Shown here one piece after another: positions 52,063-61,730 of a stretch of DNA of 64,000 bases. Positions within the stretch are counted from its first letter, which is position 1. Each line of letters starts with the position of its first letter. The stretch comes from Candidatus Bathyarchaeia archaeon (GTDB taxonomy: Archaea; Thermoproteota; Bathyarchaeia; Bathyarchaeales; Bathycorpusculaceae): assembly GCA_041481365.1 (NCBI GenBank), contig JBGPBS010000001.1, forward strand, positions 13,063-77,062. The letters are read 5' to 3'. Below the pieces are notes generated by a model. It searched no databases, was not told where the DNA came from, and worked only from the letters and a program-made list of their open reading frames with translations. Position numbers and translations under genes: made by a program.

Positions 52063-52665
52063 CTAACGTTTTTTCCTAAGGAGCTGAACAAAGTAGCTGG
52101 CGATGATGAAAAAGGATATTATCGCTAGCGTGCCCGAGACAGTGATTACTATCATGTCGCTCGTTCGCAGTAATATTGCAATGGAGACGACTGCCAGAAG
52201 GATGCCGAAATAGATGCTTGCTCTGCTGCGTGTTAATCCAGCAAACTCGGTGGTCATCACCTTTGAATACCTGAAGAAAAACGCTAGTAGTAAGACGATG
52301 GTCAAGAATATGATTATGAGAGTGTAAGTGATTCCCGTCCAATAATCCGTGTGGTTCGTGAGATTAAGCCCGACTTCGTCTCCGAAGATTCCGCCACCTG
52401 CGCCAAAGAGAATTGCAGCCAACCGATCTATTCGCTCGCTCTTGTAGCTGATGCCCAGCCAACCTCCGATGGCGAGCAGGGCTATACCGTACCAGAAATG
52501 GTGAATATGATACCCCGCGATTTCCAACGTTGCATGGGGGTTCAGAATCGTGAATGTTCGGCTGACCAAGAAGGAAGCTATGAAAGAGATTATGGCAAGT
52601 ATCGAAAGACTAGGTCTGCCCTTTACCTTTTCCTCGGCACTTGTACTCATTGAAAGCACTCGCAC
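52063..52665 (-). CDS. Hypothetical integral membrane protein
   Basis: 200 aa with about 6 hydrophobic segments; no family assignable. Confidence 0.55.
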   Translation of the reverse strand: MRVLSMSTSAEEKVKGRPSLSILAIISFIASFLVSRTFTILNPHATLEIAGYHIHHFWYGIALLAIGGWLGISYKSERIDRLAAILFGAGGGIFGDEVGLNLTNHTDYWTGITYTLIIIFLTIVLLLAFFFRYSKVMTTEFAGLTRSRASIYFGILLAVVSIAILLRTSDMIVITVSGTLAIISFFIIASYFVQLLRKKR

Positions 52666-52889
52666 TAAGTCTGGTAAGAAGACAACTTAAGTCTTGGTTT
52701 ATGTCAGGTCGCGAAAGTTATTCTTAGAGCATAATTCCAAGATATTGAAGTAGTAGTGGCATATTCATAACATGTGTTTAATGAGATTGGAAGCTCAGTG
52801 CCACGTAATGCTCTCTGAAAAGGCAATTTACTGAAGGCGCCTTTTTGCATGGGAACCGTTCAAGTCAACCCCATACGTGAAGCGTGTTG

Positions 52890-53834
52890 CTATGGGATCT
52901 TGCTTAGTGTTGCATCGATTGATTGCTCTCGTCCTCTGCGGAAGAGGGTAAGCCGGATTTTGTCGCCTATTTTTCTATTGTGAATCTCGCTTGCGAGGTC
53001 TTCGACACTGTTTATCGGCGCGTTATCCAGTCTGAGTATTACGTCTCCTGCGACTGCTCCGGCACGTTGCGCTGGGCTCCCAGCCACAACTTTGGTGACG
53101 AGAACGCCACTTCCTATGGGGAGGTTGTAGTAACGAGAAATCTCTTCGGTCAGGCTCAAACCTATTATGCCTAGCCAAGGTCTAATAGGTTGTCCACCTT
53201 TAATGGCGTCAGCCATGCATTCTCTTACGGCGTTTATTGGAATGGCAAAGCCTATTCCCTGTGCAAAAGGGATTATCGCCGTGTTTATCGCGATGACCTT
53301 TCCTTCGAGGTCCACGAGGGGGCCTCCACTGTTGCCTGGGTTTATTGCCGCATCGGTCTGAACGAGATTCTCCAACATGCCTCTTTGAGATTCTATAGTT
53401 CTGCTCACGGCGCTAATGACTCCGGAAGTCACAGTTGGACCGCCTGCGAGTCCGAAGGGATTTCCAATTGCGTAGACTCTTTGACCCACTCTCAGCTTAT
53501 CTGAGTTCCCGAGCTCTGCGACCTGCAACTCTGTCCTATCCACTTTAACGACTGCGGTGTCATGAACGGCACAGGAGTTCACCAGTTTTCCTTGTAGCAC
53601 ATCGCCGTTCCACAGCACGACGTCTATCTTCTCTGCGCCGCCGACCACATGATTGTTGGTTAGTATGTAGCCGTTTGGGTCAACTATCGTCCCGGAACCC
53701 ATTCCTTCTACGGGGATTGTTTGGTAGAACATTCTATGGACGAGCTTGACCGTGCTTATGTTGACAACGCCTTTGGTTGCTTTTTCGACGATGTCAAGAA
53801 CGATCTTCTCATCGAAAGAGGACAAGTTTTTCAC
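52890..53834 (-). CDS. htrA: HtrA/DegP-family trypsin-like serine protease with one PDZ domain
   Basis: Triad contexts TNNHVVGG, HDTAVVKV, PGNSGGPLVD. C-terminal PDZ GVLVTKVVAGSPAQRAG. 4-nt overlap with the upstream regulator gene. Confidence 0.9.
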   Translation of the reverse strand: MKNLSSFDEKIVLDIVEKATKGVVNISTVKLVHRMFYQTIPVEGMGSGTIVDPNGYILTNNHVVGGAEKIDVVLWNGDVLQGKLVNSCAVHDTAVVKVDRTELQVAELGNSDKLRVGQRVYAIGNPFGLAGGPTVTSGVISAVSRTIESQRGMLENLVQTDAAINPGNSGGPLVDLEGKVIAINTAIIPFAQGIGFAIPINAVRECMADAIKGGQPIRPWLGIIGLSLTEEISRYYNLPIGSGVLVTKVVAGSPAQRAGAVAGDVILRLDNAPINSVEDLASEIHNRKIGDKIRLTLFRRGREQSIDATLSKIP

Positions 53835-54232
53835 CTTTTGCCAGCGGGTAAATCGTGATCCAGGCAGAATCTACACTGTTGTATTTCAACCTTAGGATCC
53901 ATCTTTCGGCAGAACGGACACATCAGGCTACTTTTCCGCACTAACGCGCAAGTTTGACAGAAATAGGTCAAGAATTCCTGCCCTTGATATTCTCCATCTA
54001 GAAGAAGCGCCGTCATCTTGATTATCAGCGGTCTTATCCCGTCGACGTCGCTGACCTTGATGGCGTGCCCTCTGCTTTTTCTTGTGTATCTGCTGACGGC
54101 TGATTGAGATATGCCTAGGATTTGGGCCACTTCATCCTGTTTCAAACCGTTTTTCTCAACAAGCTGTGTTGCCACTAATGCCTTCACAGCCGGCACCACC
54201 GACTTTACCGCCACCTCGCAGGGTAATATCAA
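53831..54232 (-). CDS. COG2522-type archaeal HTH transcriptional regulator with a Cys-rich C-terminal domain
   Basis: PCEVAVKSVVPAVKALVATQLVEKNGLKQDEVAQILGISQSAVSRYTRKSRG. C-terminal CQTC...CPFC...CRFC. TTG start. Confidence 0.75.
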   Translation of the reverse strand: MILPCEVAVKSVVPAVKALVATQLVEKNGLKQDEVAQILGISQSAVSRYTRKSRGHAIKVSDVDGIRPLIIKMTALLLDGEYQGQEFLTYFCQTCALVRKSSLMCPFCRKMDPKVEIQQCRFCLDHDLPAGKR

Positions 54233-54274
54233 AAGCTCCCACCGTGCATTAGTTGTGGGTTGAAAAGTATATAA

Positions 54275-54310
54275 ATATGACGCATGTCATAAGCATATGA
54301 CGCATGTCAT
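54275..54310. promoter_or_regulatory. Two tandem copies (20-bp period) of ATATGACGCATGTCAT, each an ATGAC-N4-GTCAT inverted repeat, abutting a TATA box
   Basis: Copies at 54275-54290 and 54295-54310. TATATAAA at 54268-54275 lies 36-44 nt upstream of the regulator start at 54232. Confidence 0.65.
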
Positions 54311-54447
54311 GATGAGGACTCAAACAAGTAATTTTGCTGCAATCACATTCCCTTCCCTTTCCCCATTATGACGCGCGCTATGGATGATCACACGTGCAAA
54401 CACAAGGCTACACAAGTCCACTCAATGGGACGATGCAACAGACAAAC

Positions 54448-57400
54448 CTAGCTGACGAGCCTTTGATATTCTGGGTTGATTTTTCCGTATCTTGTCTGAA
54501 CTAGAGAATTGGCTTCCCGCCAGTCGTGCTTAGTTTTTGTCCACAGTTCCGTTTTTGTAAGCTTGTCAACGTAGTTCTTGATTGCTGGTTGCCGCTTGAT
54601 GGTTCCCTTTTGCCAATCAATGGTTATGAGTCCTGCGTGTCGGAGACTGTGCAGACCATGTGCCATTTGATCTGAATCTATTGGGTAGGTTGCGATTCCC
54701 TTGAGGTCGTTGCGCAGCGAATCCATTGAAATCTCGTTCTCCAGCCTCAGACATATAAGAGCTATCGTGGTCTGAAGCGATCTCGCCGTTGGAGTGATGT
54801 ATGCCATCGCCCGCCGCGGAATTGGAATCTGCTCAAGTTTCTGCGCATGGCGCTTGTAGAACAAGCCCTTAACTATCTCGACAAGGACCAGGTAGATGCC
54901 AACAAATGCCACCAAGATGATCATGAAAGTCAATAGGGCAGACTCATGAAAAGGCTGGGCAAACGCGAACAGGCGGCCGATAAACGTGAATGGTAATATC
55001 AGTGCGAACGCAACGACACCTAGACTGCTAATGATCAGGGGCAGGCTTGGCCTGCTCTTGAAGAAAGGTCTCATTCTCGTTCTTATGACGAATATCACTA
55101 AAGTCTGCGTGCTTAATGATTCGATGAACCATGCAGTCTGGAATACTGCCGCTGTGGCGTGAAAAACATACAGCATCACGAAGAATGTCAAGAAGTCAAA
55201 TATCGAGCTTATCGGGCCAAAGTACAGCATGAAGCTTCTCACGAAAGACATGTCCAACCTTTTGGGTCTTTCAATATACTCTTCATCAACGTTGTCCGTC
55301 GGAATCGTCAGTTCAGACAAGTCATACAGAAGGTTGTTCAGAAGTATCTGTGTGGCAGTCATGGGGAAGAAATCTTTCAAAAATACAGATGCTCCCGCGG
55401 CACTGAACATGTTCCCAAAGTTGGAACTCACGCCCATCATGATGTATTTCATGGTGTTGCCGAAAGTTTTTCTGCCTTCAAGAACCCCTTCTTCAAGCAC
55501 TCTCAAATCCTTATGCAAGAGTATGATGTCCGCTGATTCTTTGGCAACATCCACGGCGTTCTCCACTGATATGCTAACGTCAGCCACTCTCATCGAAGGC
55601 GCATCGTTGATGCCGTCGCCGAGGAAACCGACAACGTGACCATTTCCTTTCAACGCGGTAATTATCCGGTCCTTCTGGGCAGGGTTGACTCTTGCAAATA
55701 TGTTAGATTGTTCAACAACCCTTGCCAGTGCATCGTCGCCCATCCTGGCGATGTCGCTTCCAAGAACTACGCCTTTTATTTCGAAGCCCAGTTCGTCGCA
55801 GACCTTTCGCGTCACGAACTCATTGTCTCCCGTGAGAATTTTCAGTTCGATTCGATTCTTCTTGAACAGCTGCAGAGATTCTTTTGCACTTTCCTTGGGC
55901 GGGTCCATGAAGGCAACGAATCCCAAGAACACCATGTCACTTTCGTCGTTGACAGAGTACACCGTCTTGTCTTCTTTGACTTTCTTGTATGCTATGCCAA
56001 GAACTCGGAATCCCTCAGAGCTCAAGTCGTAATATTTCTGCTCGATTTTTCCCTGCGTTTCACTTGACAGGTCAAATACTCTTCCAGAAAGTTCATAGTA
56101 CGAACAGGCTCTGGCAATCTCTTCTGGGGCTCCCTTGGTGATAAAGAATCTTTCACCAAGATGCTGAGTCACAACAGAAACTCGCCGTCTGACAAAGTCG
56201 AATGGAACTTCGTCTATTTTCTCGTAATCGGTAACATCAATTTTCCTGTATGAGAGTATGGCCTCATCAAGCGGACTGCTCAGGCCTGTCTGGAAATGGC
56301 TATTTAAGAAGGAGTGCAACAGGACTTTGTCATCGTCTTTCCCTTCCATATCTACGTGCAGCATAAGCGTGACTTTGTTCTCTGTCAACGTACCAGTCTT
56401 ATCGGTGCACAGAACATCCATGTTGCCGAAATTCTGAATCGACGCCAACTGCTTGACTATGACACCTTTCTTCGACATTGCGAGGGCGCCCTTTGAAAGA
56501 TTCACGGTCAGGATCATCGGCAAAAGCTCAGGCGTCAGACCCACAGCCAATGAAACAGAGAAAAGCAGAGAATCGACTACTGCACGACCCTTCAGAGCAT
56601 TTATGAAAAAGACGGAAATTACGAGGAGGAAGGTCACCTGCATGATCATGTAGCCGAATCGTCTTAGTCCCCTTTCAAATTCGGTTTCAGGTCTCCTCTC
56701 AACAATCCTCTTAACGATCTTACCATACTCAGTGTTGCCGCCGGTCTTCACAACTGCCGCCGTGGCTGAACCGCTCACCACCGACGTGCCCATGAAAAGA
56801 TAGTTGTGCCATTCAGTGATCGTGGGAACGCATTCAGGCGTCACGGCCAATGCTGTTTTCTCAACTGGAAATGATTCTCCCGTCAGGGCTGATTGATCCA
56901 CGAAGAAATCTTTGTTGCCTATCAGCCTAGAATCGGCGGGCACTATGTCCCCTGCTGAAAGACTCACTATATCACCTGGGACAATTTCTGAGAGTTTGAT
57001 CTCGGTTTTTCTCCCTTCTCGGATCACTGTCACCTTGGTTGCAACTCTTTCTCTCAGTTCTTCAGCTGCCCTTTCAGCCTTGGATTCTTGGAAGAAAGTG
57101 AGGATCACACTTAGCAGGACTATCACAAAAATGATCGTTGAATCTGGCAGGTCTCCAGTCACGCCAGCTATCAGTCCGGCGAAAAGAAGTATTATTACGA
57201 GCGGGTTCCTGAAATTGAAGAGAAACTTGACTATGGCTGTCCTTTTCTTCTGTTTCGCCACTTCGTTAGGACCGTATACTTCAAGCAACTTTGCAGGCTG
57301 TTCCAATGAAAGCCCCGACTGAGAGCTGCCGAGCCTGGCAAGAACTTCATCTATTGGCGTGCACAGGATCTCTTCATTCTCCAGAAAATGTGCCCCATCC

Positions 57401-57462
57401 AAGGTTTTTTCTGCTTCGTCCTTCGAAACGGTTTCTCCGCGGTCTATTTTTTCACTGGCCAT
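54448..57462 (-). CDS. mgtA: Mg2+-importing-type (MgtA-like) P-type ATPase with a 135-aa C-terminal extension
   Basis: CTDKTGTLTENKV, LGDGINDAPSMRVADV, M4 GLTPELLPMILT, N-terminus VYGPNEVAKQKKRT. The ATG at 57462 is preferred over the TTG at 57474. Confidence 0.85.
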   Translation of the reverse strand: MASEKIDRGETVSKDEAEKTLDGAHFLENEEILCTPIDEVLARLGSSQSGLSLEQPAKLLEVYGPNEVAKQKKRTAIVKFLFNFRNPLVIILLFAGLIAGVTGDLPDSTIIFVIVLLSVILTFFQESKAERAAEELRERVATKVTVIREGRKTEIKLSEIVPGDIVSLSAGDIVPADSRLIGNKDFFVDQSALTGESFPVEKTALAVTPECVPTITEWHNYLFMGTSVVSGSATAAVVKTGGNTEYGKIVKRIVERRPETEFERGLRRFGYMIMQVTFLLVISVFFINALKGRAVVDSLLFSVSLAVGLTPELLPMILTVNLSKGALAMSKKGVIVKQLASIQNFGNMDVLCTDKTGTLTENKVTLMLHVDMEGKDDDKVLLHSFLNSHFQTGLSSPLDEAILSYRKIDVTDYEKIDEVPFDFVRRRVSVVTQHLGERFFITKGAPEEIARACSYYELSGRVFDLSSETQGKIEQKYYDLSSEGFRVLGIAYKKVKEDKTVYSVNDESDMVFLGFVAFMDPPKESAKESLQLFKKNRIELKILTGDNEFVTRKVCDELGFEIKGVVLGSDIARMGDDALARVVEQSNIFARVNPAQKDRIITALKGNGHVVGFLGDGINDAPSMRVADVSISVENAVDVAKESADIILLHKDLRVLEEGVLEGRKTFGNTMKYIMMGVSSNFGNMFSAAGASVFLKDFFPMTATQILLNNLLYDLSELTIPTDNVDEEYIERPKRLDMSFVRSFMLYFGPISSIFDFLTFFVMLYVFHATAAVFQTAWFIESLSTQTLVIFVIRTRMRPFFKSRPSLPLIISSLGVVAFALILPFTFIGRLFAFAQPFHESALLTFMIILVAFVGIYLVLVEIVKGLFYKRHAQKLEQIPIPRRAMAYITPTARSLQTTIALICLRLENEISMDSLRNDLKGIATYPIDSDQMAHGLHSLRHAGLITIDWQKGTIKRQPAIKNYVDKLTKTELWTKTKHDWREANSLVQTRYGKINPEYQRLVS

Positions 57463-57603
57463 AATCAAGCGCAACCGGAGCGTTGCTTCACTGCGGATTT
57501 TTCAGATGTTGAATGCACAGCGAAGCCTTATAATGGTTTCTGGGAAGTCGATAGTACCCAATTCAATCATAATGTGTAGCGTTTTTCTTCTGTTTACTTC
57601 AGT

Positions 57604-58089
57604 CTAGCCCCCGGGAGAGCCGTGAAACGGAACGTTTTTCCACAGAACGTCCCACCAGTCATCTTCAGTGATGGTTTCCCCGCGGACGATGATTTCTAGC
57701 ACCATCTTCAGAAGCTCATGATGCCTCTTCTCATCGGCCAATATTGCCTCCAAGAGCAGTCTGACCTTGCTGCTTTCGATAGTAGGCACGACTTTACTCA
57801 GTTTTTCAATAAGTTCAGCTTCCAGTTCTATGTGCTTTTCCACGAGTCGCCTCTGTTCGTCCAGATGCTCCTGCTGCAAGGCTTGCGACGTGCTCGTTAA
57901 CAGCCTGATTGCTGAACCATAAAGCTCCGCATGCTTCACAGAATCCAAAGATATGCCCTTCAAAACCCCTTTTACAGACGGATTATGAATGTGGACCAAT
58001 GCACTGTTTAACGAATCGACAATCTGGTTTTCGATCCCGATTTGCCTCTTCATGAATGAGACCAATTTGTCGTCTGAACTCAAGATCAT
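57604..58089 (-). CDS. Ferritin-like (diiron four-helix-bundle) superfamily protein
   Basis: Paired E..H-type motifs LDSVKHAELY and LADEKRHHELL. The ATG at 58089 is preferred so as not to overlap the flavodoxin gene. Confidence 0.55.
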   Translation of the reverse strand: MILSSDDKLVSFMKRQIGIENQIVDSLNSALVHIHNPSVKGVLKGISLDSVKHAELYGSAIRLLTSTSQALQQEHLDEQRRLVEKHIELEAELIEKLSKVVPTIESSKVRLLLEAILADEKRHHELLKMVLEIIVRGETITEDDWWDVLWKNVPFHGSPGG

Positions 58090-58112
58090 TACCCTCCGCC
58101 GTCTAGACCATG

Positions 58113-58553
58113 TTAGACATTGTGCATAAGTCTTTCGGCAACGTTTTTTCCCAACTCTCGACACTTCTCTAATGCGGCTGCGTCTGGCGCATACTTCACA
58201 AGAAGGGGAAGCTCAATCACGCTCATTTCAAACTTCTTCAACATCTCAAGAACCATCGTAGGCGCTTCGCCACTCCAGCCGTAGGAGCCAAAGGCAGCAC
58301 CCAGTTTATCTTTCAACATGACATTCTTAACCGCTGCTTCCTCGAAAAGCCTCTTTATGTCAAGCGTCATGTCATGATGATAGGTCGGCGCTCCAACAGC
58401 CAGAGCAGCATATTGGCTTAACACTTCAGCATCCACGTGATAACTCAGCTCCACGTCCAATTCCTGTCGAGTTTTAATGCCTTCCGCCACGATCCTAGCC
58501 ATCTTCTCGGTGTTGCCAGTCTGACTATAATATAAAACAAGAACTTTCAACAC
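58113..58553 (-). CDS. Flavodoxin-like protein
   Basis: MLKVLVLYYSQTGNTEKMARIVAEG FMN-binding loop; 146 aa. Confidence 0.85.
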   Translation of the reverse strand: MLKVLVLYYSQTGNTEKMARIVAEGIKTRQELDVELSYHVDAEVLSQYAALAVGAPTYHHDMTLDIKRLFEEAAVKNVMLKDKLGAAFGSYGWSGEAPTMVLEMLKKFEMSVIELPLLVKYAPDAAALEKCRELGKNVAERLMHNV

Positions 58554-58710
58554 CGCTCGTCGCCTCTTCTGTTTATGGTTCCAAGGATTTGCAGTCAGAG
58601 CCTAATCTAACTTGCCCTAAGCCGTCTCCAAATTCTAGAATACGGGAGTTGTTGATATCTGACTTGGTATGCGCCAAGTGTCGCATTCAAAATGAAGATC
58701 AGTTGACTGG

Positions 58711-59322
58711 CTAGGGCTGACTCATGAATTCAATGAAGTCTTTGAGTGAGCGCGTCTTCAGAGTGTAATTAGTCCGTCTCTCGTCGCCGATCGTCGAGTG
58801 AGCCTTCAGTCCGTAGTCATGCCCCGGATAGACTTCTATGTCGTCATCAAGTTTCATTAACCTGTGGAAAAGACTATCATACATGGTTTCAGGGTTGCCC
58901 CCGGGTAGATCTGTTCTGCCGCACTCGCCTACGAAGAGAGTATCACCAGTCAAGAGCTTGCCGTCGATCAACAAGCAGACGCTGTCTGAAGTGTGTCCTG
59001 GCGTGTGAAGGACCCTGATCGTGACTTTTCCAAGGCTTATCACGTCACCGTCGACTACGCCTACATCCTTGTGCACTGGTGACAGCTGATGCGCGACCAA
59101 CTTCGCATGGAAAGCTGACATGATCTCCTCGTTGCCTGCGGTGTGGTCAGAATGATGATGAGTGTTGATAACGTATTTCACCTTGAAACCATGGTCTTTC
59201 ACCAACGCGATTAACGTGTCTGCGTTAAAGCTCGGATCAACGACGGCAGCTTCTTTGCTGGCTTCGTCGGCTACCACGTAGGATAAGTTGTCCCCATGCT
59301 TCTTGACTTGTCTGAAGAGCAT
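58711..59322 (-). CDS. Metallo-beta-lactamase fold hydrolase (glyoxalase II / persulfide dioxygenase-like)
   Basis: THHHSDHTAGN (HxHxDH), LHTPGHTSDS, GRTDLPGGN, YPGHDYG. The ATG at 59322 is preferred over 59400. Confidence 0.85.
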   Translation of the reverse strand: MLFRQVKKHGDNLSYVVADEASKEAAVVDPSFNADTLIALVKDHGFKVKYVINTHHHSDHTAGNEEIMSAFHAKLVAHQLSPVHKDVGVVDGDVISLGKVTIRVLHTPGHTSDSVCLLIDGKLLTGDTLFVGECGRTDLPGGNPETMYDSLFHRLMKLDDDIEVYPGHDYGLKAHSTIGDERRTNYTLKTRSLKDFIEFMSQP

Positions 59323-59416
59323 AAGAATCAGCTTATGAAATCTTGAGGTCTCCTTTAAAGGATTCTGCCCCAAGAGAGGATGAAGCCTTTCCCTGTGCAC
59401 AGAATGCAGGTTGTTC

Positions 59417-60790
59417 TCATTTGCGAATATACTGCTCAGTCGACAAGTGTTCCATTCTCATGCCAAGATCAGCCAAACTCTTCAGGTTCTCGACACAGCC
59501 TATGCTCGCGTCTATGTTATGATGCACTGGATGACCCCACATGTATTTCGGGTCAAGGTTGAACTGCAACGGAACTTTCGTGGCCGAACCATATTTTTCG
59601 TTCAAACCTTTGACCACCAAATCCTTGGCGCATGCCATCCGAGTTGTCGTGTAACTCTTAAGCAATTCTGACGCTCCGAAGGCTCCGATGCCATGCCACA
59701 AGACAGCGTCTTCCGGCGATGCCAGAGAATAGAGAAAGAACTGAGGCGAAGAAGGAGTCTCCGCAAAGCTGTAGGCACCAAGCTTATCTCCTTCAACCGT
59801 AAAGCTGTCATCAGCCTGCACGACGCTGACGTCGCTCGGGTCAATCGCATTCGGATAAAGCAGAGCCGTCCGATAGTCCACTTTGACGCTTTTCAACTTC
59901 GGCCCTTCAAAGTAAATTCTTCCTCGAACGGCACGTTTAGAACCATAACCTTTCGTGGAATGTGGCACCGTCAAGAGCGTCGTCAGGTTCTTCATGCTCC
60001 TACCCATGCACCTGTAGACGCACTCGATTGACTCGTAGTCCGCGTGAGCTTGTCTTATGACGTAATGCAGCAACCCATCTGTTTTCTCTTGGGCCAACAT
60101 GGTCAGCGGCAACCGCATCGAATAGAGGCAGAGGTCTATCCCGAAAGATTCCGAGAGATTCTGAAGACTCTCGTATTTCACTGCGTCTACCAAATCCATG
60201 TAGCTGTTGCCGCAGCTTTGAAGGTGTCGAGCTATCTGCTCGACTTCACGCTTGGAAATGAGGGTGCCCTCATACTTCTTCACGAACTTCTCATCTATCT
60301 GCAGTTTCTCAGTCTTGACGTTTGCAGTCGGGAATGCGCTCTGGCCGCTGTTCACTATGGACTCTTTAAGGGGGTTCATCGAATACCTGTCTGGCTCTAT
60401 ATCATCGGTGTTCAAAAGAAACGAGACCACAAGCCCTTCTGAAGGCTTCTTCAAGATTTCACATAAAGAGCCAAGTTCCTTTTCGTCAGGCTTGTGCAGC
60501 CCATATTGGTGAAAGTAGTTGCTGCACACCTCCAAGAGGCGGGCAGCTATTATTCCTTGAACCTCCTCCACCGTTAGTTGAGGATTTGAGTATTCAACAG
60601 AGGATCTTAAGAAGAAGTGGCGGCCGCTCATCTTGGCGTCCACTCTCCGTCCATCCCTAGAGTAGAACAGAGGAGCATCTGCACGCTTTTCTTCTTTGAA
60701 ACTTGCAAGGTCTCCCACGACAGCTTCGACGCAGGGCCAGGACTTTTCGAGGAAGTCGCCGACTATTATTCTCGACAAGTCAGAAGACAT
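59417..60790 (-). CDS. Conserved-looking hypothetical protein (457 aa), no recognisable domain
   Basis: Long ORF. The start at ATG 60790 lies 7 nt after the upstream GNAT stop. I could identify no motif. Confidence 0.6.
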   Translation of the reverse strand: MSSDLSRIIVGDFLEKSWPCVEAVVGDLASFKEEKRADAPLFYSRDGRRVDAKMSGRHFFLRSSVEYSNPQLTVEEVQGIIAARLLEVCSNYFHQYGLHKPDEKELGSLCEILKKPSEGLVVSFLLNTDDIEPDRYSMNPLKESIVNSGQSAFPTANVKTEKLQIDEKFVKKYEGTLISKREVEQIARHLQSCGNSYMDLVDAVKYESLQNLSESFGIDLCLYSMRLPLTMLAQEKTDGLLHYVIRQAHADYESIECVYRCMGRSMKNLTTLLTVPHSTKGYGSKRAVRGRIYFEGPKLKSVKVDYRTALLYPNAIDPSDVSVVQADDSFTVEGDKLGAYSFAETPSSPQFFLYSLASPEDAVLWHGIGAFGASELLKSYTTTRMACAKDLVVKGLNEKYGSATKVPLQFNLDPKYMWGHPVHHNIDASIGCVENLKSLADLGMRMEHLSTEQYIRK

Positions 60791-60797
60791 TTGAAGA

Positions 60798-61637
60798 TCA
60801 GCCTCGCTCCAGGGATTCAGCCACGTACACGCAGTCATTGACGGTGCCTGGATTGAGAAACATGCTTGCCACAGGGAAACTCTCGACAAAACCGTTCTCC
60901 ATTAGCCTACTGATGACTGATTTTTCCTTCTTCGGCAGGCACAATGAGACCTCAGCATCTGTCAGTCTGTGAAGGACAGCCTCCAGAAGGCTGATTGCCA
61001 AGTCACTGCGCCCTCTCGGGCACACGAGCGGGCCCAAGTCAGCTATGCCATCGTACACTTTTGCCAATGCGTAGCCCCGCATCCTGTTCTCCTCCATATA
61101 CACGTAACCAACGTTGCCTGAATCGCTGAGTATAGGTTCGAGCACCTTGCTTCGAGAAGCGCCGAAACAGAGGCCGTCATAATCGATGATCTGCCTCATG
61201 TCCTCTTTTCTTGCTTCTACGACGCCTTCCCGCTTTGCTGAAGAAAAACCTTTACCCTTCAAAACCGTGAACTCCAAGTCATATTCGAAGCCAAGTCTTC
61301 GGTAGAAATTGACCTTGTTGACGTATGCGTACAAGCCCACCGTCTCCACGCCCCTGCCTCTCAAATAATCGACGGAATGCCTGACGAGCGATGAACCTGC
61401 TCCTTTTTTTCTGTGGCTTTCTGCGATTATCAGGTTTCCGAACCAACCTTTTTTGCCGAAGCTCACTGTCGTGGCGATCCCAACCCTTTCCCGGTCGTCG
61501 AGCAGCACAAAGCATCCTTCTGGTTCAAGCTTCATCATGAACTCGAAGTCTTCTTCCACCATGCCCCAGTTCATCTGATCGGTGATCTGAACTGCGAACG
61601 GAAAGTCTTGCCTCGTCATGGTCTTTATGCTAAACAT
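60798..61637 (-). CDS. GNAT family N-acetyltransferase with a C-terminal accessory domain
   Basis: ESHRKKGAGSSLVRHSVDYL acetyl-CoA loop; 279 aa, about 120 aa beyond the GNAT core. Confidence 0.8.
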   Translation of the reverse strand: MFSIKTMTRQDFPFAVQITDQMNWGMVEEDFEFMMKLEPEGCFVLLDDRERVGIATTVSFGKKGWFGNLIIAESHRKKGAGSSLVRHSVDYLRGRGVETVGLYAYVNKVNFYRRLGFEYDLEFTVLKGKGFSSAKREGVVEARKEDMRQIIDYDGLCFGASRSKVLEPILSDSGNVGYVYMEENRMRGYALAKVYDGIADLGPLVCPRGRSDLAISLLEAVLHRLTDAEVSLCLPKKEKSVISRLMENGFVESFPVASMFLNPGTVNDCVYVAESLERG

Positions 61638-61730
61638 ATGTGCAAACTCGTTTTTGCAAGAGGATAAAGTTTACTAATGCATTGATTGAAATAAAGGCTG
61701 AAATGGGAGCTGAAAACCATCGACCTGCAA

